The notes beneath the pieces are model-generated. The model had not been told where the DNA came from. It worked only from the letters and a program-made list of their open reading frames with translations, and did no database searches. From assembly GCF_006345805.1 (NCBI RefSeq), contig NC_043013.1, forward strand, positions 35,960,001 through 36,024,000: a stretch of 64,000 nucleotides of DNA, given 5' to 3'. Position numbers and translations under genes: made by a program. This DNA comes from Octopus sinensis. Lineage: Eukaryota. This document shows, piece by piece, positions 1-11,898 of this stretch. Numbering within the stretch: the stretch's first letter is position 1; each line of letters opens with the position of its first letter.

Positions 1-487
1 TTTGTATGTTTGTATGATTCAATGCATATAGGCATGCATGCATGTAAATTAACAAATTTCTCTTTTATTATGTTTTAACGATATACTGTAGATTCTGGTA
101 ACATTAAAGTCAAGTGTACAGCATATGTTTCTATCAAAGTTGAATAAATCATATGAAATGAGGTAAAAATCAAGGACTAAACAATAATAATAATAATAAT
201 AATATTTCAATGTTGATTTAACTGGCTTCTGACTTGTTATGCCGTTGCTTCATTGCTTTGCAATTTAGGAAAAAAAAACAAAAAAAAAGAAGAAAAAAAA
301 CCATACATCTTGTATTGAACGACAAAAAAAATAATTGCGAAAATTTTAAAAAAATTTAAGAGAAAAGCATATCATAAAAGATAAGAAAAGCAAAGAATAT
401 TGAAATAAACAAAAAGGAACTTTGGTATAAATTACATACATATATATATGTGTATGTATAAATATGCATATGTATGTATGTATAGGT

Positions 488-888
488 ACAGGTGTGGCTG
501 TGTGGTAAGAAGCTTGCTTCCCAACCACATGGTTCCGGGTTCAGTCCCACTATGTAGCACCTAGACCAAGAGCCTTCTGCTATGGCCACAAGCTGGCCAA
601 AGCCTTGTGAATGAATTTGGTAGATGGATGGAAACTGAAAGAAGCCTGTCATATATTCACCTATGTGTGTGTGTGTCTTTGTGTCTTTGTTTGTCCCCAA
701 CTAACACTTGGCAACCGGTGATGGTGTGTTTATATCCCTGTAACTTAGAATTTCAGCAAAAGTGACTAATAGAATAAGTATCAGGCTTAGAAGAAAAAAA
801 ATAAATACTGGATCTAATTTGTTTCAACTAAAAGTTCTTCTAGGCATTTCCCTAGCATGGCCACAGTCGAATGACTGAAATAAGTAAA
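488..888 (+). mobile_element. tRNA-derived SINE, window family A (about 400 bp, central microsatellite)
   Basis: Head with A-box-like TGGCTGTGTGG and B-box-like GGTTCAGTCC, a body shared with more than 15 other copies in the window, and a 3' end CAGTC-GAAT-GACTGAAATAAGTAAA. Confidence 0.85.
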
Positions 889-914
889 TAGATGATAGAT
901 ATATATATATATAT

Positions 915-1067
915 GCTTTTATTCTTTTACTACTAGTTTCAGTCATTTGGAGCACCACCTTAAATGGTTTTTATAGTCGACAAAATCAACCCCAGCACTT
1001 ATCATTTGTAAGCCTAGTACTTATTCTATTGGTCTCTTTTGCTGAACTGCTAAGACACACACATACA
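915..1067 (-). mobile_element. SINE family A, 3' fragment, tail-to-tail with the previous copy
   Basis: Reverse complement of the family A 3' half. Confidence 0.75.
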
Positions 1068-1137
1068 TGTGTGTGTGTGTGTATGCATACATATATGTAT
1101 GTATGTGTGTATGTAGATAGATTGATAGATATAGATA

Positions 1138-1172
<35 letters not shown>

Positions 1173-1174
<2 letters not shown>

Positions 1175-1301
1175 TTATTTTATAGAAGGAGCTTCTACAG
1201 GACTAGAACTGTTTCATTCAAAAGAAATCATCAGGAAGCCTGATGATTTCTTTTGAATGAAACAGTTCTAGTCCTGTAGAAGCTCCTTCTATAAAATAAA
1301 T
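1173..1301. repeat. Perfect palindrome: 63-bp arms and 3-nt loop (inverted Penelope-type pLTR piece)
   Basis: 1173-1235 is the exact reverse complement of 1239-1301; loop is AAG; the right arm runs on into further element sequence to about 1370. Confidence 0.95.
1191..1239 (-). ncRNA. Type I hammerhead ribozyme motif
   Basis: Minus strand reads GCTTC-CTGATGA-TTTCTTTTGAAT-GAA-ACAG-TTCTAGTC-CTGT-A-GAAGC: 5-bp stem I, canonical core, weak stem II, 4-bp stem III, GUA triplet. Confidence 0.75.
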
Positions 1302-1378
1302 TAATTTACTCTGCTATGTATTGAGTACCTTATTTACTGTGGTTAACCCCGACTCAACCCGGGACCTACATATATATA

Positions 1379-1459
<81 letters not shown>

Positions 1460-2000
1460 GCATGTATGTATGTATGATGGGCTTCTTTTCAGTTTCCATC
1501 TACCAGATTCACTCACAAGGCTTGGGCCAGCTTGAGGCTATAGTAGAAATCTGAAAACTTTACTAATCATAACTCGAAGTTTTCCAATATTTAACAATAT
1601 GAAATGCAAAATAACAGTCACGGAAATCTACACCTTCCTCTGAATATGTTAAAATTCTACATCTAACGTTGAGATGGATTGCTCAAATGGTTTAGTGAAA
1701 ATATTTCAGGCAGGTTTTCTATGGTTGGATGCTCTTCCTGTTGCTAACCCTCACCTGTTTCCAAGTAAGGTAGTATTTCCCCACTGCCAAAAATGATTTT
1801 ACAGAATATTGGAAACAAAGGTCACCGTGTGCATGACATTGACATTTATTTACAACCATCAAGCAGTGTCAAAGCAAGGAGACAGTCTCACACGTACATG
1901 CACACACACACACACACCATCCAGTATAAATTTTGCAGCAAGGCAGTTATGAAAAACTATTTAGCAAACATGACTCTAAGTAAAGTTTTGGCTGCACCAG

Positions 2001-2001
<1 letters not shown>

Positions 2002-2035
<34 letters not shown>

Positions 2036-2420
2036 GTTGTCGTTTAATGTCCGCTTTCCATGCTGTCATGGGTTGGATGGTTTGACTGAGGATTGATGAG
2101 CCAGAGGCTGCACCATGCTCCAATCTGATCTGGCAAAGTTTCTACAGCTGGATGCCCTTCCTAATGCCAACCACTCCAAGAGTGTAGTGGGTGCTTTTAT
2201 CTGCCACTGGCACGAAGGCCAGTTAGGTGGTTCTGGCAACGACCATGCTCAAAAGGTGTTTTTACATGGTACAGGAGCCAGTCTTGTTTTTCATGTGCCA
2301 CCAGCACATCGGCCGGTAAGGCGACGCTGGCAATGATCATGCTCGAATGGTGCTTTTTCATGTGTCACTGGCACGGGAGTCAATCCATGGTCCTAGTGAC
2401 AATCACACTCGGATGTGTGT
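2002..2420 (-). mobile_element. Non-autonomous retroposon, window family B, with (GAT)n tail
   Basis: (ATC)n followed by GTTTAA..CCGCTTTCCATGC..GCTGGATGCCCTTCCTAA and internal 50-60 bp modules; many copies in the window. Confidence 0.8.
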
Positions 2421-2456
2421 TTAACATTCCAAACACATATTACCCCACAAACCTAC

Positions 2457-2583
2457 CTCATCCACTGAAGTTGATTGCTCATACTGAAACAACAGTAGAT
2501 GCCAACTGAATAAATCCTGTAACACAGAAGCCATTGTATTTAAGACAAAGCTTAAATCAAAAGATTTCAGCTTTGGTATCATC
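2457..2583 (-). CDS. Candidate internal exon (127 nt, phase 2 to 0) of an unidentified gene: MIPKLKSFDLSFVLNTMASVLQDLFSWHLLLFQYEQSTSVDE
   Basis: Acceptor tatacttcag after a long AG-free AT/pyrimidine stretch, donor GAG|gtaggt, 42 open codons in non-repetitive DNA. Confidence 0.5.
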
Positions 2584-2752
2584 CTGAAGTATATAATATT
2601 GGCATAACAGAAAGAACATTCAATAAAAGTTTTTGATTATGTCCCTTCTTTCAAGATCGTTGATAGTGAAATGCAACACAATTCTCAAGTTACATTAGGT
2701 ATCTAAAAGAAAATTCTAATAAGTATAGTATCATATGTTGGGTCATTTAAAA

Positions 2753-3042
2753 CAGTGGTTCCCAGAGTGGGTGGTAGAAAGTTCCAAGTGAGCATTGAAA
2801 AAAAGTAGGGCAATAATGGGGTAACGATTCATGTAAAAAGTGGGGCAATAATTGGATGGCAATTCATGTAAAAACAACAAAATAAAGGGTTCATTAGGTT
2901 AAGTTTTATTTGTGAAATACAATTGCTTTGAATTTGCTTTAGAAAGAGGTCTATGTTTGTGATGGTTAGTTGGGGTGGGGGTGCTGGGAATGTGACCTGG
3001 GTGTCAAGTGGGTGGCTACCTGAAAATGTCTGGGATCCACTG
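2753..3042. mobile_element. hAT-type MITE (about 290 bp)
   Basis: TIRs CAGTGGTTCCCA / TGGGATCCACTG; imperfect 8-bp flanks atttaaaa / gtttaacg. Confidence 0.65.
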
Positions 3043-3158
3043 GTTTAACGCTCTAGGCTCTTTATAAATAGTTGTGAAAGATACAGCTTCTGAACAGTGA
3101 TTAAAAGACTGATCCTGAAAAATTCACTGCAGACAAGATAATAAAAGATAAGACTGAT

Positions 3159-3442
3159 CATCATCATCATCATCATCATCGTTTAGCGTCCGCTTTCTAT
3201 GCTAGCATGGGTTGGACGGTTCTACTGGGGTCTGTGAAGCCAGAAGGCTTCATCAGGCCCAGTCAAATCTGGCAGTGTTTCTACGGCTGGATGCCCTTCC
3301 TAACGCCAACCACTCCGTGAGTGTAGTGGGTGCTTTTTACGTGCCACCCGCACAGGTGCCAGACAGAGCTGGCAAACGGCCACGGACAGATGGTGCTTTT
3401 TATGTGCCACCGGCACGAGGGCCAGGCGAGGCTGGCAGTGCC
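3159..3442 (-). mobile_element. Family B retroposon
   Basis: (ATC)n tail and family B body. Confidence 0.8.
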
Positions 3443-3644
3443 TGATAAAGCATAAAGATTGTAATTAGTAGCTATAACGTAAATTAGGCATAACCCCCTT
3501 CACATTATGTCCAGGCAAGCAACTGTGAGCAGTGAGTTCATGTCTTCAAAACCTTATATGTGTTTTTCCTTTTTCTATCCTCCTTTTTTTCATAATCATC
3601 CTTTTGTTTCCTTTTACTTTTATATTGAACTGCAACTTACTTAC

Positions 3645-3794
3645 TGAATGCAATTGCAAGCAATTATATTCATTAAGACTCTGTTCTTCATTAGGACAAC
3701 TTTAGAATTAATTACGAGGAAACAAGTCCAATTATCAATGGATTCTTCCATTAAATATTTCAGCATTTGTTTCTCTTTGATCATAAATTATGAA
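3645..3794 (-). CDS. Candidate 150-nt phase 2-2 exon with an in-frame TAA at codon 2: S*FMIKEKQMLKYLMEESIDNWTCFLVINSKVVLMKNRVLMNIIACNCI
   Basis: Acceptor cttccatttcattag, donor CA|gtaagt; phase fits exons 20240-20419 and 2457-2583; 47 open codons after the stop. Confidence 0.3.
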
Positions 3795-3934
3795 CTAATG
3801 AAATGGAAGCTTTATTCCCAGAGTGCTCAGAATATGCCAAATAGAAGTGAAGTAGACTTACTTTTTTTTGCTCAAAATATGCCGATTCCACATGAACAAC
3901 ATCCATGCCATCGCTACATAATAAGCACCTAGTA

Positions 3935-4107
3935 CACTCTATAAAGTGATTGGTGTTAGGAAGGGCAACCAGTTGCAGACACTATGCCAATTCGGACAAC
4001 TAGAGCCTGCTGCAGTGCTCCACACCTGGCCAGCTCCTGTCAAACCATCCAACCCATGCCAGCATGAGAAATGGACATTAAATGATGATGATGATGATGA
4101 TGATGAT
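3935..4107 (+). mobile_element. Family B retroposon 3' part
   Basis: GGTGTTAGGAAGGGCAACCAG..CCCATGCCAGCATG..(GAT)n. Confidence 0.75.
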
Positions 4108-4555
4108 ATATGGGTAAATCCAAAAGCAAAAAGAAAAAAACATAGGAAGAAAACAAAAAATATCAGTTGAATGTACACAGTGAATATACTGTATATTAGG
4201 CTGATGCTCAGAGAAGAATAGGAGTAGAAATGACATTTCAAGCACAGCTCTTTGTCAGGAACAGGATAAAGTCCAGATTAGAGTAAAAGGTGGTACATCA
4301 TAAGAATATTTATACTTTCAAGAGAACATGAAAAAATTATCCTTTTTGGAACCCTGGATCTCAAAACACATAAAGCTACAATAGCTTGTCTAAACTATTC
4401 AGATGAAAGTCCCTATTCTATTGTTTATAGTATTATTTATTTCAAGATCCATGGTTCTCAATAATAATTATACACAGCTACATACACATGTACATACATA
4501 CATACATACATACATACATACATACATACATACATACATACATGCATGCATATAT

Positions 4556-4602
<47 letters not shown>

Positions 4603-4824
4603 AATTATAGGGGTTTAGTTCACAGGTGATCTAAATGATTAGGTACGCTAGGTAAGTGCTATAACGGATTACTGGGGCTGCAAGGTTATAGCCAAGATGG
4701 TAGTTATGGACCCATTACAGATTTCCGATGCAGTGGATATATAATTGTTAAACAGGACATCAAATGTTAAGGCAAGGCAAACATTTCAAGTCGTATACAA
4801 TATTATTATTGGAAAAAATTCAAA

Positions 4825-4863
4825 GTCTTACAGCTGTTTCTGGGATATTCCATCATCAGAGAC
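4825..4863 (-). ncRNA. Minimal type I hammerhead ribozyme (Penelope-like element type)
   Basis: Minus strand reads GTCT-CTGATGA-TGGAATATCCCA-GAA-ACAGCTGT-A-AGAC: 4-bp stem I, canonical core, 3-bp stem II, palindromic stem III, GUA triplet. Confidence 0.8.
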
Positions 4864-5220
4864 AAATAGGGAAAATGAGAATGGTATATATTAATAAGAT
4901 GATGACATAGAGGAAGAGAGTAAAAGAATAAGGAGTTGGAAAGAACAAAACAAAAAGAAGCATAAAACTTCATAGTTCAACTTTCCAAAGTTATACAAAC
5001 CAGACCACAAGTCCTAAGGTGCAATCCTGCATAGATCCATGAGCGTAAATCTTTAGGTACAACCCTGTATATATCCATGTGGGTTAAAATCCTGATATAG
5101 TAGACATCCCATGAAAAAAGATGTGAACATATCAACATTCAATAACAGTTGATATGAAAGAATGCCTTAATGTTTACTGTCCTGTTTAAGAATTATATAT
5201 GTGTGTGTGTGTGTGTGTGT

Positions 5221-5530
5221 GGAGGTGCAATGGCCCAGTGGTTAGGGCAACAGACTCGTGGTTGTAGGATCGCGGTTTCAATTCCCAGACCGGGCGTTGT
5301 GAGTGTTTATTGAGCAAAAACACTTAAAAGCTCCTCGAGGCTCCGGCAGGGGGTGGTGGTGACCCCTGTTGTACTCTTTCGCACAACTTTCTCTCACTCT
5401 TTTTTCTGTTGGCCAGCTTGCTTAACCAGTGGGGTGGCATCGTTTGAAGGCTAAAACAATGCGAAGCACATTGTGACCAGCGATGTGTAGCAACATCTGA
5501 TAGCCTGGTCGGTCATGGTGGTCACGGTGA
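5221..5530 (+). mobile_element. tRNA-derived SINE, window family D
   Basis: A-box TGGCCCAGTGG, B-box-like GGTTTCAATTCCC, about 310 bp, short repeat tail GGTCA(T/C)GGT. Confidence 0.75.
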
Positions 5531-5799
5531 TATGTATATACATACACAGACATACAGGAAGTAAATAGACACCTTTAATTTTCAATATCTTTTATTTGAT
5601 ATTAATTGGTTGAAGGAGAGGTTTTCTTCTAGCCGCTCGTCCATAATACCCAAGCTTATGCAGATATGTAACACACGTTCTTGGACTAACTTCTAGCTGT
5701 TTTGGCAATGTCAGAAGCCTTCAAATGGGGTTCGTTTTCCACAATTCTCTTCAAACAGCAAAGCTTCCTTTCCGAGGGCCCAGGTTTGTAACCTGTGGT

Positions 5800-6570
5800 G
5801 ATATAATAGTGATAGTGTCTTATAAAACAATGATAATGTATGGTAAAATAGACATAATGTTGGATAAAACAGGATAATGTTTTATAAAACAGAGTAAATA
5901 CAACAACCACAGTGGATAATAGAACAGTCTATCTCTGACAAAACAGTCGGGATGTATAACGAAACAAACATAATGTTAGATAGAATAGACTTTATGCCCA
6001 GTAGAGCCATGGAATGTTTGATAAAATAAGCATAGTGTGTAATAAAAAGGCCATAGTATGTGATGGAACTGTCGCTTTCTCTGACAAAACAGCCAGTTTG
6101 TACAATGAAACAACTATAGTGTGTAATAAAATAGACATAATGTCTGATAAAGCAGTGTACTGTTTGATAAAACAGGCATAATGCATGATAAAATAGTCAT
6201 ATTGTTTGATAAAACAAACATAATGCATGATAAACAATAATAATAAGGCATGTTGGAGCAATAATGTGTGATTAAGCAGCCGGGATATGTGTAACAAAAC
6301 AAGGATAATGTAGGATAAAACTATTTAATGTGATGAAAATGTGATAACGTGTTATAAAACAGATGCAGTGTATGAAGAAATAAATGTAATGTGTGACAAA
6401 AGTGCCATTATGTTTGATAAAATTGCAATAATGAATGATAAACAGTTATAATGTGTGATAAAATGATAATGCTTGATAAAACGGTCATAGTGTGTGATAA
6501 ATTATAATGTCTGATAAAACAGTTGTACTGTGTGCTATAAATTATGTTTGATAAAAAAAAAGTCGTACTG
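5800..6570. repeat. Highly degenerate minisatellite, about 20-24 bp unit (TGATAAAACAG..ATAATGT)
   Basis: Recurrent (t)gataaaa(c) and ataatg motifs at roughly regular spacing. Confidence 0.7.
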
Positions 6571-7329
6571 TGTGATCTTCATGGAAAACTGGCAGTGAAA
6601 AAATACTGAATTTAAATATATTTCTATTCCAAATATCCGTATATTATTTTATTCTTTTTCTGATTTCAGTTATGGTATCAATAGAACGTAGAAGCTGATG
6701 TGACAAAACATGCAATAGTGTCCATGCAAAATGACAACAAAATTTCCATCAATAATACCGGTGTTATCCCATTTTTCATATAAATTAATTTTGAAATATT
6801 TAAAAATATTTATTTCTTCTTATTGATTATGTTTTAAACTGTTTCCTTCTTTTTTAATATATTTACGATATATTTAACAGCAGATTAAGAAATAATTTTT
6901 GATTTCGTTGAATTAAAATTCAAAGTTACATGGAAATAATATGGTTGATAACTAAACGATAATAATTATAGTAGATCGTTATAGGTTAAATTACATCAAG
7001 CTGTAAGAAACCTAGTCTGTACTCTTTTGTTTAATTGTTGATTTCTTGTGGGACGACCGGCATTTAACAGTAGCTGATGCTAATTTTAAAAGTAGAGAAG
7101 ATACATTGAATTGTTCAAGGCATCGTTGAATTAGAAGAAATAAAGAATATGAAGCATGAAGATGTATTTTCATTAGATTTTTAAAACATATTGTTACTAA
7201 AAAGTTATTGATGTACTTCAATGTAAAACTATCGAAAACAATCTATCTATCTGTCTGTCTGTTTGTCTGTCTGCCTGTCTGTCTGTCTATCTAACTGTCT
7301 ATCTATCTATCATTCTCTCTGGTGAACAA

Positions 7330-7493
7330 TAATAAAGTCACAGGGAAACAAAGTCACACTAATAAAGTCTCAATTTTGGCTAGGGAAAAATATCACAATT
7401 AATTTATGGGATCCAGATAAAACCCTTTCGGACCCCCCCCCCTCTGGACAAAACTCCTGCGAATTTTTTTCCTGTGACTTTTTACCTGGATTC

Positions 7494-7526
<33 letters not shown>

Positions 7527-7950
7527 GCAGGCTATCATTAACACTTGTCTCATTCCTTCACTAATACTTCATGTCATCAACCCCCGAAAGGTTATGTGTC
7601 AGGTTTGTCATTCGTCCATGTTTTCTTGAACATTTCCTGAATTCAAGTACCAAACCAAAATTTGCACCTGGGAAGAGTGTTTAAAATTCTCCAAATGTCC
7701 GATATTTCAGTTCCCATCACCTCAAAAAATCATATAGGTCCAAACAAATCTGTAGTTTGTAATGCAAGCGCTGGACTGGATGTGTGAGTATTTATTGGTT
7801 GGAATTGATTTTAGCTGAGTGTTGTCCCATAACAAACTGAATCCAAGTAAAAAAAAAAGTCATAGGAGAAAAGTCACAGGGGTGGGGGTCCAAAGGGGTT
7901 TTGTCTGAAGAAGGGTTTTGTCCAGATCCCATAAATTAATTGTGACTTTT
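7330..7950. mobile_element. Inverted pair of AAAGTCAC-rich DNA-transposon-like ends (about 7379-7480 and 7855-7948)
   Basis: TAGG(G)AAAAA(T)A(G)TCACAATTAATTTATGGGATC occurs in opposite orientations; repeated AAAGTCAC subterminal motifs. Confidence 0.55.
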
Positions 7951-8295
7951 TTCCTAACTCTGAACATTGTTGCAATAACATTTATTTTTATCGAAATTTA
8001 TTACAATATATACAATATATGCCAGTAATGTAAAGCAATATGTTGGAGACGAATTTAGTTTGTAATTTCATTACTAACAAGACAAGATTAGTTTTGTTTG
8101 AGAGGTGGAAATAATGCTCTGGCCATCCTAGCTGAAGAACCCATTTTAACTCAGCAAAGGAAAACTTATTGATGTAAAGGGTTTCTTGCTTGCGCTTCCA
8201 GTGTGCCAGACACAACAGAATATATATAAATTATAAAAATAATAAAAGAAAAATATACAGTACAGTACTGTTTCTACTTCATGGATTTTCACACT

Positions 8296-8539
8296 GGTTC
8301 CTGTGCAGGTGGCACATAAAAAGCACCATTTGAGCATGGCTGTTGCCAGTACCGCCTGACTGGCCCTCATGTCGGTGGCACATAAAAGCACCCACTACAT
8401 TCTCGGAGTGGTTAGCATTAGGAAGGTCATCCAGCTGTAGAAACTCTGCCAGATCAGATTGGAGTCTGGTGTAACCATCTGGTTCACCAGACCTCAGTCA
8501 AATCGTCCAACCCATGCTAGCATGGAAAGCAGACGTTAA

Positions 8540-8589
<50 letters not shown>
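8296..8589 (+). mobile_element. Family B retroposon
   Basis: Family B body ending in a long (GAT)n. Confidence 0.85.
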
Positions 8590-8987
8590 CACTCTCATGT
8601 GTAACTGGTATTTAATTTATTGACCAACAGTGGTTTGAAAGGTAAAACTGACTCAATATGATTTGAACCCAGAATATGAAGAGCCAGAACATAGAGATGA
8701 TAGTAACAGCAATAGACATAATGTCATTAAGAAAAAAGAATTTAAGAGGAAATAACAGGCAAATCTATAATATACAATTATCACTTGATTTGAAATAAAT
8801 TTCATTATGTGTCCAAGTAAATAAAATTTAACGGAGAAATTTAAATAAACGAATAAAGAAAATCGAAGTGTCTCATCCTAGGGAAAGTTAGCTTAATAGG
8901 TATTTATGTTTATATAAACACTTGTGCATGTGTATGTGTGTATACACAGACACACACACATATAGATAATTGTTTGTGTGAATGTAT

Positions 8988-9620
8988 ATCATCATCATCA
9001 TCGTTTAACGTCTGCTTTCCATGCTGGCATGGGTTGGACGGTTTGACTGAGGACTAGCGAGCCAGATGGCTGCACCAGGCTCCAATCTGATCTGACAGAG
9101 TTTCTGCAGCTGGATGCCCTTCCTAATGCCAACCACTCTGTAAGTGTAGTGGGTGCTTTTATGTACCACTGGCATGAGGGCCAGTCATGCGGTACTGGCA
9201 ACAGCCACGATCAAATGGTGTTTTTTTACATGCCATCTGCACAGGAGCCAGTCCAGCGGCACTGGCAACGACCTAGCTCGAATGTTGTTTTTCACATGCC
9301 AGTAAGGCAACACTGGTAACGATCACGCCCAAATGGTGCTTTATATGTGCAATTGGCATGGGAGCCAATCACAGCCCTGGCAACAATCATGCTTGGATGG
9401 TGCTCTTAGTGCTCCACTAGCATGGATGCCAGTCATGTGGTGCAGTCATCGAATTTGATTTCTATTTCAATTTCACTTGCTTAAAAAGATCTTCACAAGC
9501 AGAGTTTAGTGTCCAATGGAAGAAAGGTACGCATAAGTGGACTGGTTACACCACTGGCATAGGCCATGGGTTATGGTCTCACTTGGCTTGCCAGGTTCAG
9601 CCACAGGTCTTCTGACATTC
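8988..9620 (-). mobile_element. Family B retroposon, long copy
   Basis: (ATC)n, body and internal tandem modules; inverted relative to both neighbours. Confidence 0.85.
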
Positions 9621-9888
9621 ACCACCTATGCAGATACTCCCTACAGTTACGCACACACACATATTCCTATATTTATATACCTATGTAATATACATACACA
9701 TACATTCACATACATACACAAACATTCACCATATACATATATACCCATACACACACATACACACACACACACAAACACAGATATTTACACATTTATGTAC
9801 TTACATAACATACATACACATACATTCACATACATATACACATATACATTCACATACATACACATACATTCACTATATACAGCACCGC

Positions 9889-10182
9889 CTCTGATACCAG
9901 CGCTGCCCTCACTGGCTTCCATGCTGGTGGCACGTAAAAAGCACCAACCGATCGTGGCCATTGCCAGCCTTGCCTGGCACCCGTGCCGGTGGCACATAAA
10001 AAGCACCCACTACACTCATGGAGTGGTTGGCGTTAGGAAGGGCATCCAGCTGTAGAAACTCTGCCAGATCAGACTGGAGCCTGGTGCAGCTTCTTGCTCT
10101 CCAGACCTCAGTCAGACCGTCCAACCCATGCTAGCATGGAAAACGGACGTTAAACGATGATGATGATGATGATGATGATGAT
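9889..10182 (+). mobile_element. Family B retroposon
   Basis: Family B body ending in (GAT)n. Confidence 0.85.
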
Positions 10183-10184
10183 GA

Positions 10185-11370
10185 CACACACACACAGACG
10201 AACACACATATTTACACATTTATGTACTTACATAACATACATACACACACATTCTCATACATACACACGAACAACCATTCACCATATACATATCTACCCA
10301 TACTCACACACACACACAAACACATATATTTACACATTTATGTAGTTACAGAACATACATACACATACATTCACACACATACACACATTCATACACACAA
10401 TACACGCAGACATACACTTACGCTAATACACATGCTTACAGACATGCAAACACTACAGAGACACACACATGGAAGTGCTTGCACACATATATATCTACAA
10501 ACACATATACAAACATTCACCATACACATACACACACACACACTCACACACACACACACATTATACACACATACATTCACACAAACACACATCTCCTTTG
10601 TAGGAAGAAGGAAGAAATTGATTAATAATGCAAATCTGTAAAGATGAGGTCAAGCTACGGAATGTTATTGACCCCACCTTGGCAGAACCCTTAGTCCACA
10701 GGTACAAATCTACCCCTTTACTTTTGTGTCAGTGTACCTAGGGATTAAGCAGATCACAATAATAATCCTTAATGTATATGTACTTGCTAATCTATCACTA
10801 TCACACACCCACTCCTCTCTCGTGTGTGTGCATGTGTGTGTGTAAGTGTGAGCATGTGTGTATGTGTGTCTATGTGTGTGTGCTTCTGTGTGTGTGTGTG
10901 TGCATGTGTGTGTGCTTCTGTGAGTGTGTGTACATGTGGGTATTGATGTGTGTGTGTGTTTGTGAGTAAGTGTGAAAGTGTGTGTGTGCTTCTCTGAGTG
11001 TGTGTTAATGTGTGCGTGCTGATGTATGTGTGTGTGTGTATTTGTGAGTATGTGTGAAAGTGTGTGTGTGTGTGCATGTGCGTGTGCTTCTGTGAGTGTG
11101 TGTGTAGGTGTGCATGCCGATGTATGTGCGTGTGTTTGTGAGTATGTGAGAAAGTGTGTATGTGCTTCTGTGAGTGTGTGTGTATGGGTGTGTGCGTGCT
11201 GATGTGTGTGAGTGTGTGTGTGTGCGTGTGCGTGTGTGTCTCTGTGTCTATGCTTCTGTGTGTGTGCATGTGTGTCTCTGTGTGTGTGAGTGTGCATGTG
11301 TGTGCTTTCTGTGAGTATGTGTGTGCTTGTGTATGTGTGTGTTCTTGCATGCACACATGTGTGTGTTGTA
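10185..11370. repeat. Compound CA-rich then TG-rich microsatellite field
   Basis: Degenerate (CA)n at about 10185-10590 and (TG)n at about 10810-11370. Confidence 0.9.
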
Positions 11371-11898
11371 TATCTTTAACACCTTTCCTTGTTCCAGTCA
11401 TTGGACTACAGCCATGCAGGGACACTAATTTGAAGAGTTTTGTTGATCAAATCTGCCCCAATATTTATTTTCATGTCTACTACTTGCTCTATCAGTTTCA
11501 TTTTGCCGAACCACTAAGTTATAGAAGCAGAGGCAAACCAAGAAGTAGGAGGCAAACACAAAAGTCACTGAAACACATACACACACACACACACACGCAC
11601 ACTCACTTATACAACATGCACATATGTTAGATGGAGTTCTACTAAGTTTTTGTCAATCAAATTGGTCTGCATTGGTTGGCACAGCCTAAGACTACAGCAG
11701 AAGACACTTGCCCAAAGTTGCCATTTAGTGGAATGAGCCAAAAACCAACTGGGAAATAGCAATGCTATTCATATACAGTAATCTGTGCCATATCACGGTT
11801 CACTTATTGCGGTTCACCTATCGTGGTTCACCTTTTGTGATTTATTATTTAAGGCTTACGTCGATTCCTCTGTGGTGTTGTTTTGCATTTATAATAAA

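Noticed and set aside
3240-3265. CTGATGA on the minus strand (similar hits near 14745, 54287 and 62985)
   Set aside because: No GAAA follows the stem, so these are not hammerheads.
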